Shown here piece after piece: positions 20,267 through 31,946 of a DNA stretch of 64,000 bases. How positions within the stretch are numbered: position 1 is the first letter of the stretch; the number at the start of each line of letters is the position of its first letter. The notes below the pieces were generated by a model that ran no database searches, was not told where the DNA came from, and worked only from the letters and a program-made list of their open reading frames with translations. The position numbers and the translations under genes were made by a program. Origin of the DNA: an uncultured Holophagales bacterium. Lineage in GTDB: Bacteria > Acidobacteriota > Thermoanaerobaculia > Multivoradales > UBA5704. The stretch covers positions 352,001 to 416,000 of the forward strand of contig CAWJGT010000025.1 of NCBI GenBank assembly GCA_963842525.1, written 5' to 3'.

Positions 20267-21358
20267 ATGAAGCCCGTCGAGATCTTCGATTTCCTCTCCC
20301 GCCAGGTGATCGGCCAGGAAGAGTCCCTGCGCTATGTCTCCGTGGCCATCTTCAAGCACCTGCAGGGAGAGAAGTACGGCAACCTCCTGCTGATCGGCAA
20401 CTCCGGCACCGGCAAGACCACGATCATGCGCGGCATCGAGGCCCTCTACCAGACCCACGAGGACTTCCGGGAGCACCGGGTGGTCCTCATCCTGAACGCC
20501 AACACCCTGGCCACGGAAGAGGGGGCGGTGGACACCGGCCGCCTCTTTACGCGCCTGGAGGAGCGAGCCCGGCAGGTGCTGGGCGCCGGCGCCTCGGCCG
20601 AGGAGATCGGCCGCAACATGGAGCGCGCCACCGTCTGCCTGGACGAGATCGACAAGGTCTCCGGCCTGATCGGCGGCAAGCCCTATGTCACCGGCATCAA
20701 CATCCAGCAGTCGCTGCTCACCCTGATGGAAGGGGAACGGGTGCCTTACCGGATCACCGGGATGAAGGACGGCGTCCCCGAGTCCGTCGCCGTCTGGATC
20801 GACACGAGCAAGATGCTCTTCCTCTGCGCCGGGGCGTTCGAGACCCTCTACGACCAGGTCTTCCAGCGGGTCGTCTCGCCCAAGAGCGGCGTCAAGCTCC
20901 CCACGGTGACGACCTACATCAACGGCAAGATCCAGATCCGCGAGTACTTCACCCTGCGCCACCACTTCCGGCAGGAGGACCTCTTCGAGTACGGGATGCA
21001 GCCGCAGTTTCTGTCGCGCTTCGACAACGCGGTGATCCTGGAGGATCTGAACGCCGGCACGCTGTCGCGGATCTTCCGCGAGCCGGAGGAAGGGGTCTTC
21101 CGGACCTCGCAGAACTTCTTCCGCAAGTACGGCATCGAGCTGGATGTCACCGCCGAGGCGATCCAGAAGATCGCCGAAGAGGCGTCCAAGAGCAGCCGCA
21201 TCGGCGCCCGCGCCCTGAAATCGATCTACGGCCGGGTGATCAAGCCGTTCGAGTTCGACCCCTTCTCCCGCGAGGAGGTCCAGAAGAACGGCGGCGAAAC
21301 CTTCAAGCTGGTCATCGACGAGAAGCTCGTCTCCGAGTCGCTCAAGCCGGCGGTGTGA
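20267..21358 (+). CDS. ClpX/HslU-like AAA+ ATPase lacking the N-terminal zinc-binding domain
   Basis: VIGQE, GNSGTGKT, CLDEIDK, IQQSLLTLMEG, FLCAGAF, IGARAL. Confidence 0.85.
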   Translation: MKPVEIFDFLSRQVIGQEESLRYVSVAIFKHLQGEKYGNLLLIGNSGTGKTTIMRGIEALYQTHEDFREHRVVLILNANTLATEEGAVDTGRLFTRLEERARQVLGAGASAEEIGRNMERATVCLDEIDKVSGLIGGKPYVTGINIQQSLLTLMEGERVPYRITGMKDGVPESVAVWIDTSKMLFLCAGAFETLYDQVFQRVVSPKSGVKLPTVTTYINGKIQIREYFTLRHHFRQEDLFEYGMQPQFLSRFDNAVILEDLNAGTLSRIFREPEEGVFRTSQNFFRKYGIELDVTAEAIQKIAEEASKSSRIGARALKSIYGRVIKPFEFDPFSREEVQKNGGETFKLVIDEKLVSESLKPAV

Positions 21359-21389
21359 GGGAGTGTCCCAGAGCCCTATGCGGCGAGCC

Positions 21390-21611
21390 CTGGCCCCTCA
21401 CCCCCGGCCCCTCTCCCATCCGCACTCACACCCACCCGGGAGAGGGGAGACGTTGCTCGAAGGATCTGGGGGAAGGCAAGCTCCGCCCACCCAGATTCTT
21501 CGCTGCGCTCAGAATGACAGTCGCGGGCTCGCGCTGACCGCCCCGCCTGCGTCCCCCCTCTCCCGGGGGAAGGGAGTGCGGATGGGAGAGGGGCCGGGGG
21601 TGAGGGGCCAG
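21390..21611. repeat. composite REP element: 38-bp perfect inverted pair enclosing a GAAGGATCT..AGATTCTTCGCTGCGCTCAGAATGACA unit
   Basis: 21390-21427 is the reverse complement of 21574-21611; inner unit related to 35491-35522. Confidence 0.85.
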
Positions 21612-21652
21612 AGCTCGCGCAGGACTTTTGAAACGTTCTCCAAGGAGCCTCC

Positions 21653-23707
21653 ATGTCCTCGAAGATCCTCGTTCTCACCCTCCTCTTCACCCTGGCCCCT
21701 CTGGTGGTCGGGATCGTCTCGGCCCAGTCGTCCATCGGGGCCGACACGATCCGGCAGACCGTGGACCGGCTGGTCGCCAAGCATGGCCAGGAGCACGCGG
21801 CCCGCATCCGGCAGGGGGTCGAGCAGGTCGCCCAGCGGTGGTGGGCCGAGGACGGGGATGCCGCGGCGTTCACCGCTTTCTGTGAGGAGAATTTCCTCAC
21901 CGATCCGGCCGAGATCGAAGCCACGTTCGAGCGCCTGCAGACGGTCCTGGAGCAGGCCTTTGGCCGGCTGCACGAGATCCGCCGCGAGGTGACCACCCCG
22001 CTCGACCTCGATACGGGCGAGATCTCCCGCGTCGACCAGCTCCTCGCCAACCTGGAGCTCTCCGCCCATCTGGATGACGACCTTTTCAAGTCCCGGGTGG
22101 CCTTTCTCGCCCTGCTCAACTTCCCGGTGCACACGCTGCACGACCGGCTGGAGAACGGCGAGAAGTGGGACCGCGAGACCTGGGCGCGGTCGCGCATGAT
22201 GGACCGCTTTGCCATCCGGTTGCCGGCCGCGATCTCCCAGGAGGTGACCCAGGCCTACACGGCGGCCGACCAATACATCGCCGCCTACAACATCCGCATG
22301 GACCGGCTGATCGACGAAAAGGGCAAGCGGCTTTTTCCGGAAGGGCTGCGACTCATCACCCACTGGGGGCTGCGCGACGAGCTCGCCTCGCACTATGGGG
22401 GCGGCCCGGAGGGGCTCGCGAAGCAGCAGATGATCCTCGAGGTCATGAAGCGGATCGTCCGCCAGGAGATCCCGCAGGCGGTGATCGACAACGCCGACCT
22501 GCTCTGGAACCCGTACACCAACGAGGTCCGGCCATTGAAGGACGGAGCGAAGACCGCCGCGGACCTCGGCAGGCGCGAGGCAGACGTGCGGTACGCCAAG
22601 CTGCTCGACGTCTTCCGCGCCAACCGCAAGGTCGACCCTTTCTCGCCGACCGAGCCGACCTTCATGGCCCGCCGCTTCGAGCGCGACCGCCAGATTCCCG
22701 AAAAGGAAGCCGAGGCGCTGCTGGTCTCGGTGCTGGAGTCCCAGGAGGTCAAGGACCTGGCGAAGGTGATCGAAAAGCGCCTGGGCCGCAAGCTCGAGCC
22801 GTTCGACATCTGGTACGCGGGCTTCAAGTCCCGCGCCGCCTATAGCGAGGCGGACCTCGACAAGCTCGTGCGCCAGAAGTACCCCACGGTCGAGTCCTTC
22901 CAGGCGGACCTCTCGAACATCCTTCAGAAATTGGGTTTCTCTGTGGACAAGGCGCGCTGGGTTGCCGACCGCGTCGTGGTCGATCCGTCCCGGGGCGCCG
23001 GCCATGCCATGCCCGCGGCGCGCCGCGAGGACAAGGTCCACCTGCGCACCCGCATCGCCAAGGGGGGAATGGACTACAAGGGGTACAACATCGCCATCCA
23101 CGAGTTCGGCCACAACGTCGAGCAGGTCTTCTCGCTCAACGGCATCGACTTCTGGTGGCTGTCCGGGGTGCCCAACAACGCCTTCACCGAGGCGCTCGCC
23201 TTCGTCTTCCAGCACCGGGACCTGGAGCTGCTCGGCCTGAAGCCGCCCGGAGAGGACGCCCGCCATACCGAGACCCTGGGGACGCTCTGGAACACCTATG
23301 AGATCTCCGGCGTCTCGCTGGTCGACATGCGGGTCTGGGACTGGATGTACGAGCATCCGGAGGCCACGCCGGCCGAGCTGCGGGAGGCAACCCTGGCAAT
23401 CGCCCGCGACGTCTGGAACCGGTATTTCGCGCCGGTCTTCGGCGTCCGCGACTCGGAGATCCTGGCGGTCTACTCGCACATGATCGTCTACGGCCTGTAC
23501 CTGCCGGACTACGCCATCGGCCACCTGATCGCGTTCCAGGTGGACGACAAGATGACCCCGCAGAATTTCGGCGCCGAGTTCGAGCGCGTCAGCCGCCAGG
23601 GCAGCCTCACGCCGGACGCCTGGATGCGCGGGGCCGTGGGCAGCCCGATCTCGGCCAAGGCGCTGCTGGAGGCGTCCCGGGAGGCGCTCCAGGCCCTCAC
23701 CCCCTGA
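21653..23707 (+). CDS. secreted putative zinc metallopeptidase (gluzincin-like)
   Basis: signal peptide; HEFGH followed by NAFTEALA. Confidence 0.7.
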   Translation: MSSKILVLTLLFTLAPLVVGIVSAQSSIGADTIRQTVDRLVAKHGQEHAARIRQGVEQVAQRWWAEDGDAAAFTAFCEENFLTDPAEIEATFERLQTVLEQAFGRLHEIRREVTTPLDLDTGEISRVDQLLANLELSAHLDDDLFKSRVAFLALLNFPVHTLHDRLENGEKWDRETWARSRMMDRFAIRLPAAISQEVTQAYTAADQYIAAYNIRMDRLIDEKGKRLFPEGLRLITHWGLRDELASHYGGGPEGLAKQQMILEVMKRIVRQEIPQAVIDNADLLWNPYTNEVRPLKDGAKTAADLGRREADVRYAKLLDVFRANRKVDPFSPTEPTFMARRFERDRQIPEKEAEALLVSVLESQEVKDLAKVIEKRLGRKLEPFDIWYAGFKSRAAYSEADLDKLVRQKYPTVESFQADLSNILQKLGFSVDKARWVADRVVVDPSRGAGHAMPAARREDKVHLRTRIAKGGMDYKGYNIAIHEFGHNVEQVFSLNGIDFWWLSGVPNNAFTEALAFVFQHRDLELLGLKPPGEDARHTETLGTLWNTYEISGVSLVDMRVWDWMYEHPEATPAELREATLAIARDVWNRYFAPVFGVRDSEILAVYSHMIVYGLYLPDYAIGHLIAFQVDDKMTPQNFGAEFERVSRQGSLTPDAWMRGAVGSPISAKALLEASREALQALTP

Positions 23708-23754
23708 CCCCCTCTCCCATCTCCCTTCCACCCCCCGCCGGGAGAGGGGGAACG
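23694..23754. repeat. single REP-like unit overlapping the stop codon of the upstream gene
   Basis: ccctcacccccTGAccccctctccc..gggagaggggg. Confidence 0.75.
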
Positions 23755-23760
23755 GTGACC

Positions 23761-23788
23761 CCAACGCTTTCCCCGGCCCGTGCGTTTA
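23761..23788 (+). promoter_or_regulatory. putative ECF-type autoregulatory promoter
   Basis: CAAC..N17..CGTTT directly upstream of an ECF sigma gene. Confidence 0.4.
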
Positions 23789-23794
23789 CCGGTC

Positions 23795-24361
23795 GTGAGC
23801 GCAAACCTGATGACGAGCGCGATCTTGGACCGGACAACCGAAAGCTCCACCGCGACCGACCGGCTCGCGGACCTTTTCGAAGTCCACCAGCAGCGGCTGT
23901 TCCGGCTGGCCGTGCGGCTGTCGTCCGACCGGGAGGAGGCGCGGGACCTGGTGCAGGAGACCTTCCTGCGCGCCGCCCGCAGCCCCCGGTCGATCCCCGA
24001 GGGGGACTCCCCCGGTGAAGCCTGGCTGGTGCGGACGCTGGTCAACCTCTGCCGCGACCGCTACCGCCGGGTGACCGTCCGGCTGCGTGGCCGCGAGGTC
24101 CTGGAGCGGGACGAGGAGCGCCTCGCCGATCCCGAATCGGCCGAGGTCGCCCGCGCCACCGTGCGCGCCGCGCTGACCCGCCTCTCGCCGCGCCGCCGCG
24201 CCGTCGTCGTCCTCCACGAGCTCGAAGGCAGGCCGGCCCGCGAGGTCGCCCGCCTGCTGGGTATCCGCGAGGTGACCGTCCGCTGGCACCTGCTGGCCGC
24301 GCGGCGCGAGCTCGCCCGCGTGCTGCTCGATCCACCTGCTTCCCGAGGAGCCGAGCCATGA
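23795..24361 (+). CDS. ECF RNA polymerase sigma factor
   Basis: EEARDLVQETFLRA, AWLVRTLVNLCRD, region 4 LSPRRRAVVVLHELEG..EVARLLGI; start at GTG 23795 or ATG 23810. Confidence 0.92.
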   Translation: MSANLMTSAILDRTTESSTATDRLADLFEVHQQRLFRLAVRLSSDREEARDLVQETFLRAARSPRSIPEGDSPGEAWLVRTLVNLCRDRYRRVTVRLRGREVLERDEERLADPESAEVARATVRAALTRLSPRRRAVVVLHELEGRPAREVARLLGIREVTVRWHLLAARRELARVLLDPPASRGAEP

Positions 24362-24918
24362 GCCATCCATCAGACCGCAACGAGCGGCTGCATACCGCGT
24401 TGCGCCGTGGCGATCCCGCCGCCGGCGAGCCCGACCTCGCGCCCGAGGAGGTCCGCGCGATGCGGCGGGCCGTGCTCAGCGCAGTGCCCGAGCCGCGGCG
24501 CAGTATCCGGCTGGTCCCGGCTTTCGCATTCGCGTCGGTCCTGGCCGTGGCCTTCGTCGTCGGCCTTGCGATCTACCGGTCGCTGGGGCCGGGCCCGGTG
24601 CCTCCTGAGCCGCGGATCGCGGACCGTCCGGCCGCGCCGCCGCCCGTTTCAGCTCCGAAGCCTCCGGAGACCTCGGCACCGCCCGAGGCCTCTGTCCGGA
24701 TCGCGACCGCTACGCCACCGGCCCTGGAGCCGGTCCGGCCGCGGCGGCTGCATCGAGCGGTCCGCCGCTTCGATCCGGCTCCCCTGATTCCCTCCGCTCC
24801 CGATCGGCCGGTCGAGGAGAGCCACACGGAGGAGCCCCTGACGCGCCAGGTCCAGTTCGACACCCCCGGCGGCACCCGGATCATCTGGATGCTGACCGAG
24901 GACACCCATTCCCGCTGA
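24358..24918 (+). CDS. putative membrane anti-sigma factor
   Basis: overlaps the sigma stop, one TM helix, Pro-rich linker, C-terminal QVQFDTPGGTRIIW. Confidence 0.65.
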   Translation: MSHPSDRNERLHTALRRGDPAAGEPDLAPEEVRAMRRAVLSAVPEPRRSIRLVPAFAFASVLAVAFVVGLAIYRSLGPGPVPPEPRIADRPAAPPPVSAPKPPETSAPPEASVRIATATPPALEPVRPRRLHRAVRRFDPAPLIPSAPDRPVEESHTEEPLTRQVQFDTPGGTRIIWMLTEDTHSR

Positions 24919-24935
24919 CCGAGGAGAAGAACGTC

Positions 24936-25748
24936 ATGAGACTGCTTTCCCGTTGGATCGCCTTTTTCCTGCTGCTGGCCGGCTCGTCCGGTCCGGCCCT
25001 GGCGCGCGCCCAGGAAGGATTCGGCGAAACCTACACGAGCCGTTACGAGATCCGCTACATGGACCTGCATGCGGCCCAGGCCCTCGCCTGGGAACAGTGC
25101 CCCGCCACGCTCAAGGACCGCTGCCGTGTCAGTGCGCTGGCGCTCGCGAACGACCCGAGCAAGAAGGCCTATCTAGAAGTGTTCGCCGACGCCGCGACGC
25201 ACGAGCGGATCGCGCGGGCGCTGGTGAAGGCGGACGCGTCACCGCGGACCCAGGTGTTCCAGCTCGTCCTGCTGTCCGCCAGCGGCAAGAAGACCGGCGC
25301 GCCGCCCGAGCTGTCGCAGAGCGCGCAGAAGGCCCTTTCGGACCTGCAAGGTTTCCTGCCCTACAAGAGCTACGAGGTGCTCGATACGGCCTGGATCCGC
25401 ACCACCCAGGACGATTGGACCGAAGGCCGCGTCGTCGGTCTCGGCGGCGCTCCCTACATCCTGCAGCTCCTCTTCCGGGTCACGGGGGCCGTCGATGAAG
25501 GGCAGCTCTTCATCGACGGCTTCCGCCTGAGGCAGGAGCCCGGCGTGCCGCAGCCGCCGGCGCCGGCGAAGGAGGGCTCGGGCCAGCCGGCAGCGGCACT
25601 GACGCCCCGCCCGGCCCGCGATCTGGTCTCGACCTCGTTCGGCCTGAAGGTGGGCGAGACCATCGTGGTCGGCTCCTCGAAGGTGGACGGCGCCGAGGAC
25701 GCGCTGGTGATCCTGCTGACCGCGGTGCCGGAGGGCGGACGCTCGTGA
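24936..25748 (+). CDS. exported hypothetical protein (secretin-N-like features)
   Basis: signal peptide, co-transcribed with the ECF/anti-sigma pair, GETIVVGSS motif. Confidence 0.65.
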   Translation: MRLLSRWIAFFLLLAGSSGPALARAQEGFGETYTSRYEIRYMDLHAAQALAWEQCPATLKDRCRVSALALANDPSKKAYLEVFADAATHERIARALVKADASPRTQVFQLVLLSASGKKTGAPPELSQSAQKALSDLQGFLPYKSYEVLDTAWIRTTQDDWTEGRVVGLGGAPYILQLLFRVTGAVDEGQLFIDGFRLRQEPGVPQPPAPAKEGSGQPAAALTPRPARDLVSTSFGLKVGETIVVGSSKVDGAEDALVILLTAVPEGGRS

Positions 25749-27088
25749 GGTCCACCGTCCTCGGCCTCCTGCTCCTCGGCGCGACGGGCGCGGCCCTGTC
25801 CGCCGAGGGGCTCCCCCTCTCTGCTCTCGCTGGACACTGGGAAGGCGCCGCCAGCCGGCTGGGGGCCGTCCAGGTCCTCCAGATCGACCTCCGCGAGGAG
25901 GACGGCCGCCTCGCCGGCACGGTGGACGTGCCGGCCCTCGGCCTTCTCGGGCTGCCCGTGGAGAACGTCCGCTACGAGCCGCCGGCGCTCCGCTTCAAGT
26001 TCATCTACGGCGAGCCGGCGCTGACGGTCGATGCCGACGCGGGAGAGATCACCGGTGTCATCGAAGCCTGGGAGCCGGACGTCCGGCTCCACCTCAAGAA
26101 GATGCCGCCGCCGCCCCCCTCCTTCCGCGAGGAGGAGGTGGCCTTCCGCAGCGGCGGGGTCACCCTGGCCGGCACCCTCCGCCAGCCCCTCACCCCTGGG
26201 CCGCACCCGGCGGTCGTGCTAGTCCACGGCTCGCAGCAGGCCGACCGGTCCAATCCGCGCTACCGTTCGGACGCCATCCTCCTCGCCCGCCACGGCATCG
26301 CGGCCCTGGTCTACGACCGCCGTGGGCTGGGGAGCTCGACGGGCGACGACGAGGCGGCGACCTTCGACGACCTCGCCGCGGATGCGGCTGCGGCCGTGAG
26401 CGCCCTGCGGGCCCGCCGGGACGTGGGGAAGATCGGCCTGATCGGCTACAGCCAGGGAGGGTGGCTCGCGCCGCTCGCCGCGACGAAGACGGACGGCATC
26501 GCTTTCCTCGTCCTGGTCTGCGGCCCGGCCGTAAGCGTGGAGGAGCAGGAGGTCCAGCGCGTGCGCCACACCCTGATGGACGGCGGCGCGTCCGAGGAGG
26601 ACGTGGCCCGGGCGGTCGCCTATACGCGGAAGGTCTTCGATGCGGCCTACCGGGGCGGGAGTTGGGAGGAGCTGGCCGCAGCCACCGAGAAGGCGAAGGG
26701 GGCGCCGTGGGCCGAGACGGCGCAGCTCGTCGCCGCGCCGGCGGACCTGGAGGGCTGGCGCCGCGAGCGATTCGATCCGGAGCCGGTCCTGCGGCGGACG
26801 ACCTTGCCGGTCCTGGCCCTCTTCGGCGGCCAGGACCCCATTGTGCCGCCGTCCGAGAACGCCGAGCTGATGCGGCGCCTCCTCATAGAAGCGGGCAACC
26901 GGGACGTCACCATCGAGGTCTTCCCGCGCGCCCACCACGGCCTCGAGCAGTACGGCGAGCTCCGCCAGGGGAGCTGGAGCTGGCCCACCGGCTACTGGCT
27001 CTGGGGCCGGCGGGCTCCGGGTGCCGACGAGACCCTGCTCGGCTGGATCCGGGAGCGAGCTGCTCCTCGGCACACCTCCGCGCCTTGA
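25745..27088 (+). CDS. secreted alpha/beta hydrolase
   Basis: VLVHGS, YDRRGLG, nucleophile GYSQGG, GGQDPIV, AHH. Confidence 0.88.
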   Translation: MRSTVLGLLLLGATGAALSAEGLPLSALAGHWEGAASRLGAVQVLQIDLREEDGRLAGTVDVPALGLLGLPVENVRYEPPALRFKFIYGEPALTVDADAGEITGVIEAWEPDVRLHLKKMPPPPPSFREEEVAFRSGGVTLAGTLRQPLTPGPHPAVVLVHGSQQADRSNPRYRSDAILLARHGIAALVYDRRGLGSSTGDDEAATFDDLAADAAAAVSALRARRDVGKIGLIGYSQGGWLAPLAATKTDGIAFLVLVCGPAVSVEEQEVQRVRHTLMDGGASEEDVARAVAYTRKVFDAAYRGGSWEELAAATEKAKGAPWAETAQLVAAPADLEGWRRERFDPEPVLRRTTLPVLALFGGQDPIVPPSENAELMRRLLIEAGNRDVTIEVFPRAHHGLEQYGELRQGSWSWPTGYWLWGRRAPGADETLLGWIRERAAPRHTSAP

Positions 27089-27190
27089 CACCCTCGCCGT
27101 CGTCTCCGTAGTCTGCCCCTACCTCGAAATCCCGACGCGGCTCTCCTGTGGGATACAGGATTGCCGCGCCGGCTGCGGAGAAAGGACACG

Positions 27191-30655
<3,465 letters not shown>

Positions 30656-30664
30656 CTCCAGCCA

Positions 30665-30687
30665 GGGGCCGGCGCCGCGCCGGCCCC
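30665..30687 (+). terminator. GC-rich hairpin after the amidohydrolase
   Basis: ggggccggcg-ccg-cgccggcccc, T-rich tract nearby. Confidence 0.55.
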
Positions 30688-30829
30688 CTCCCTGCCTGTT
30701 TTGTCAAATCGGGCTCTCCGGGAAAATTCTCGGACGAGTTATGAAAGATTTGGCCTCCGTTTTTCGTCTTTTACAGGCCCATAGAGGGCGTACCTCGCCC
30801 GCCGGATAGACCGGCGGGCCGCGCCTGCT

Positions 30830-31425
30830 ATGGGAGACGAGCGCGTGAGGAGCCACGACCAGCTCACGAAGGACCTCCTACGAGCCTTCTTCGCCGACTT
30901 CCTCGCGCTGACGCTGCCGGATGTCTCGGGGCGCCTGCGGCTGGAGGAGCATGTCTTCGTGGACAAGGAGAGCTTCACCGACTGGCCGACCGGCAGCCGG
31001 CGGGAGCTGGACCTCCTGGCCCGCGTCCCGGTCGAGGGAGAGGAGGACTGAAGGTGGAGTGCCTGCGGCGGATTGCCGGGGGAGACTTGACGCAGCTCCA
31101 GCGCTTTCTGCTGGTCAACTTCGTCGAAACCTATCTACAATTGACGGGGTCGCAGGCCGCGGAATACGCTCGTCTGCGACAGCTTGCCGAAAACCGGGAG
31201 GTGATGACCATGGAGATGACCTGGGCGGAGCAGATGGAAATGCGCGGGATCGAGAAGGGTGTGGAGGCCCTGCGGGAGGTGGTCCTCCGCCAACTTGAGC
31301 AGCGCTTTGGAAGGGTGCCGGGGACGACGAAGCGGAAGATTGGGAAGATCAAGTCCCTCGAGCCGCTCACCGAGATCGCCGAGAAGGTCTTTGTGGTCGA
31401 CTCGATCGACGAGCTCGGCCTGTAG
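30830..31425 (+). pseudogene. Rpn/YhgA-like (PD-(D/E)XK) gene with internal deletion; DUF4351-like C-terminus intact
   Basis: N-terminal HDQLTKDLLRAFFADFL..RRELDLLARV joined out of frame at ~31050 to FVETYLQL..RGIEKG..LRQLEQRFG; central nuclease core absent. Confidence 0.75.
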
Positions 31426-31439
31426 GTTGGTTGGGGACT

Positions 31440-31462
31440 AAAAAAAGGCCCCTTGCGGGGCC
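31440..31462 (-). terminator. intrinsic terminator for micropeptide gene C
   Basis: minus strand ggcccc-GCAA-ggggcc-TTTTTTT. Confidence 0.85.
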
Positions 31463-31528
31463 AGAAAGAGACGCCGGTCCCCAGGGGCGAGCCGGGTACC
31501 GGTTCAGAAAAACTTCACATTCGCCTTC

Positions 31529-31579
31529 CTACTCGGCCAGGGTCATGCCGCCGGCCTTCACGTTCGCCTTGACTTTCAT
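31529..31579 (-). CDS. 16-aa micropeptide C, MKVKANVKAGGMTLAE
   Basis: manual translation; GGAGG SD; paralogue of A and B; own promoter copy and terminator. Confidence 0.85.
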   Translation of the reverse strand: MKVKANVKAGGMTLAE

Positions 31580-31608
31580 GGTTGCCTCCGCCGTTTGTGT
31601 TGCTGTCC

Positions 31609-31667
31609 GTTCATTCACTAACGCGTAAAGCGGTGGCCAAAGCGATCACGGGGCTTGCGAGGTTTTT
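31609..31667 (-). promoter_or_regulatory. duplicated alternative-sigma-type promoter, copy 2
   Basis: CGTGATCGCTTT-N11-TACGCGTTA; 45/59 ungapped identity to 31888-31946. Confidence 0.7.
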
Positions 31668-31685
31668 GGGCGGGCTTGAAGGGAG

Positions 31686-31740
31686 GTAAAAAGGGTCGAG
31701 GGTCGGCTCCCGCGTCGTCCGCCGCAGGAGCCGACCCTCG
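31686..31740 (-). terminator. terminator after micropeptides A-B
   Basis: 14-bp perfect stem cgagggtcggctcc/ggagccgaccctcg followed by acccTTTTT on the minus strand. Confidence 0.75.
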
Positions 31741-31754
31741 GAGGGAGCCTGGAG

Positions 31755-31805
31755 CTAGTCCGACAGCATCATGCCGCCGGCCTTCACATTCGCCTTGATC
31801 CTCAT
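31755..31805 (-). CDS. 16-aa micropeptide B, MRIKANVKAGGMMLSD
   Basis: manual translation; purine-rich GGGGGAAAG SD; 12 nt downstream of A. Confidence 0.85.
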   Translation of the reverse strand: MRIKANVKAGGMMLSD

Positions 31806-31817
31806 GATCTTTCCCCC

Positions 31818-31868
31818 TCAGTCGCCGATAAGGACGCCGCCAGCCTTCACGTTCGCCTTGATCTTCAT
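31818..31868 (-). CDS. 16-aa micropeptide A, MKIKANVKAGGVLIGD
   Basis: manual translation; AAGGAG SD. Confidence 0.85.
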   Translation of the reverse strand: MKIKANVKAGGVLIGD

Positions 31869-31887
31869 GCCAGTCTCCTTTTCGCCT

Positions 31888-31946
31888 GTTCATCCCTTAA
31901 CGCGTAGAACCGCGGCGAAAGCGATCACGCGATCGGCGAGTTTTTT
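31888..31946 (-). promoter_or_regulatory. duplicated alternative-sigma-type promoter, copy 1
   Basis: TGATCG-N17-CGCGTT with upstream A tract, abutting the kinase stop codon. Confidence 0.7.

Noticed and set aside
31504-31868. CRISPR-like or non-coding repeat reading of the gccttcac.ttcgccttga repeats
   Set aside because: The repeats are explained by paralogous micropeptide ORFs with SD, start, stop and synonymous variation.
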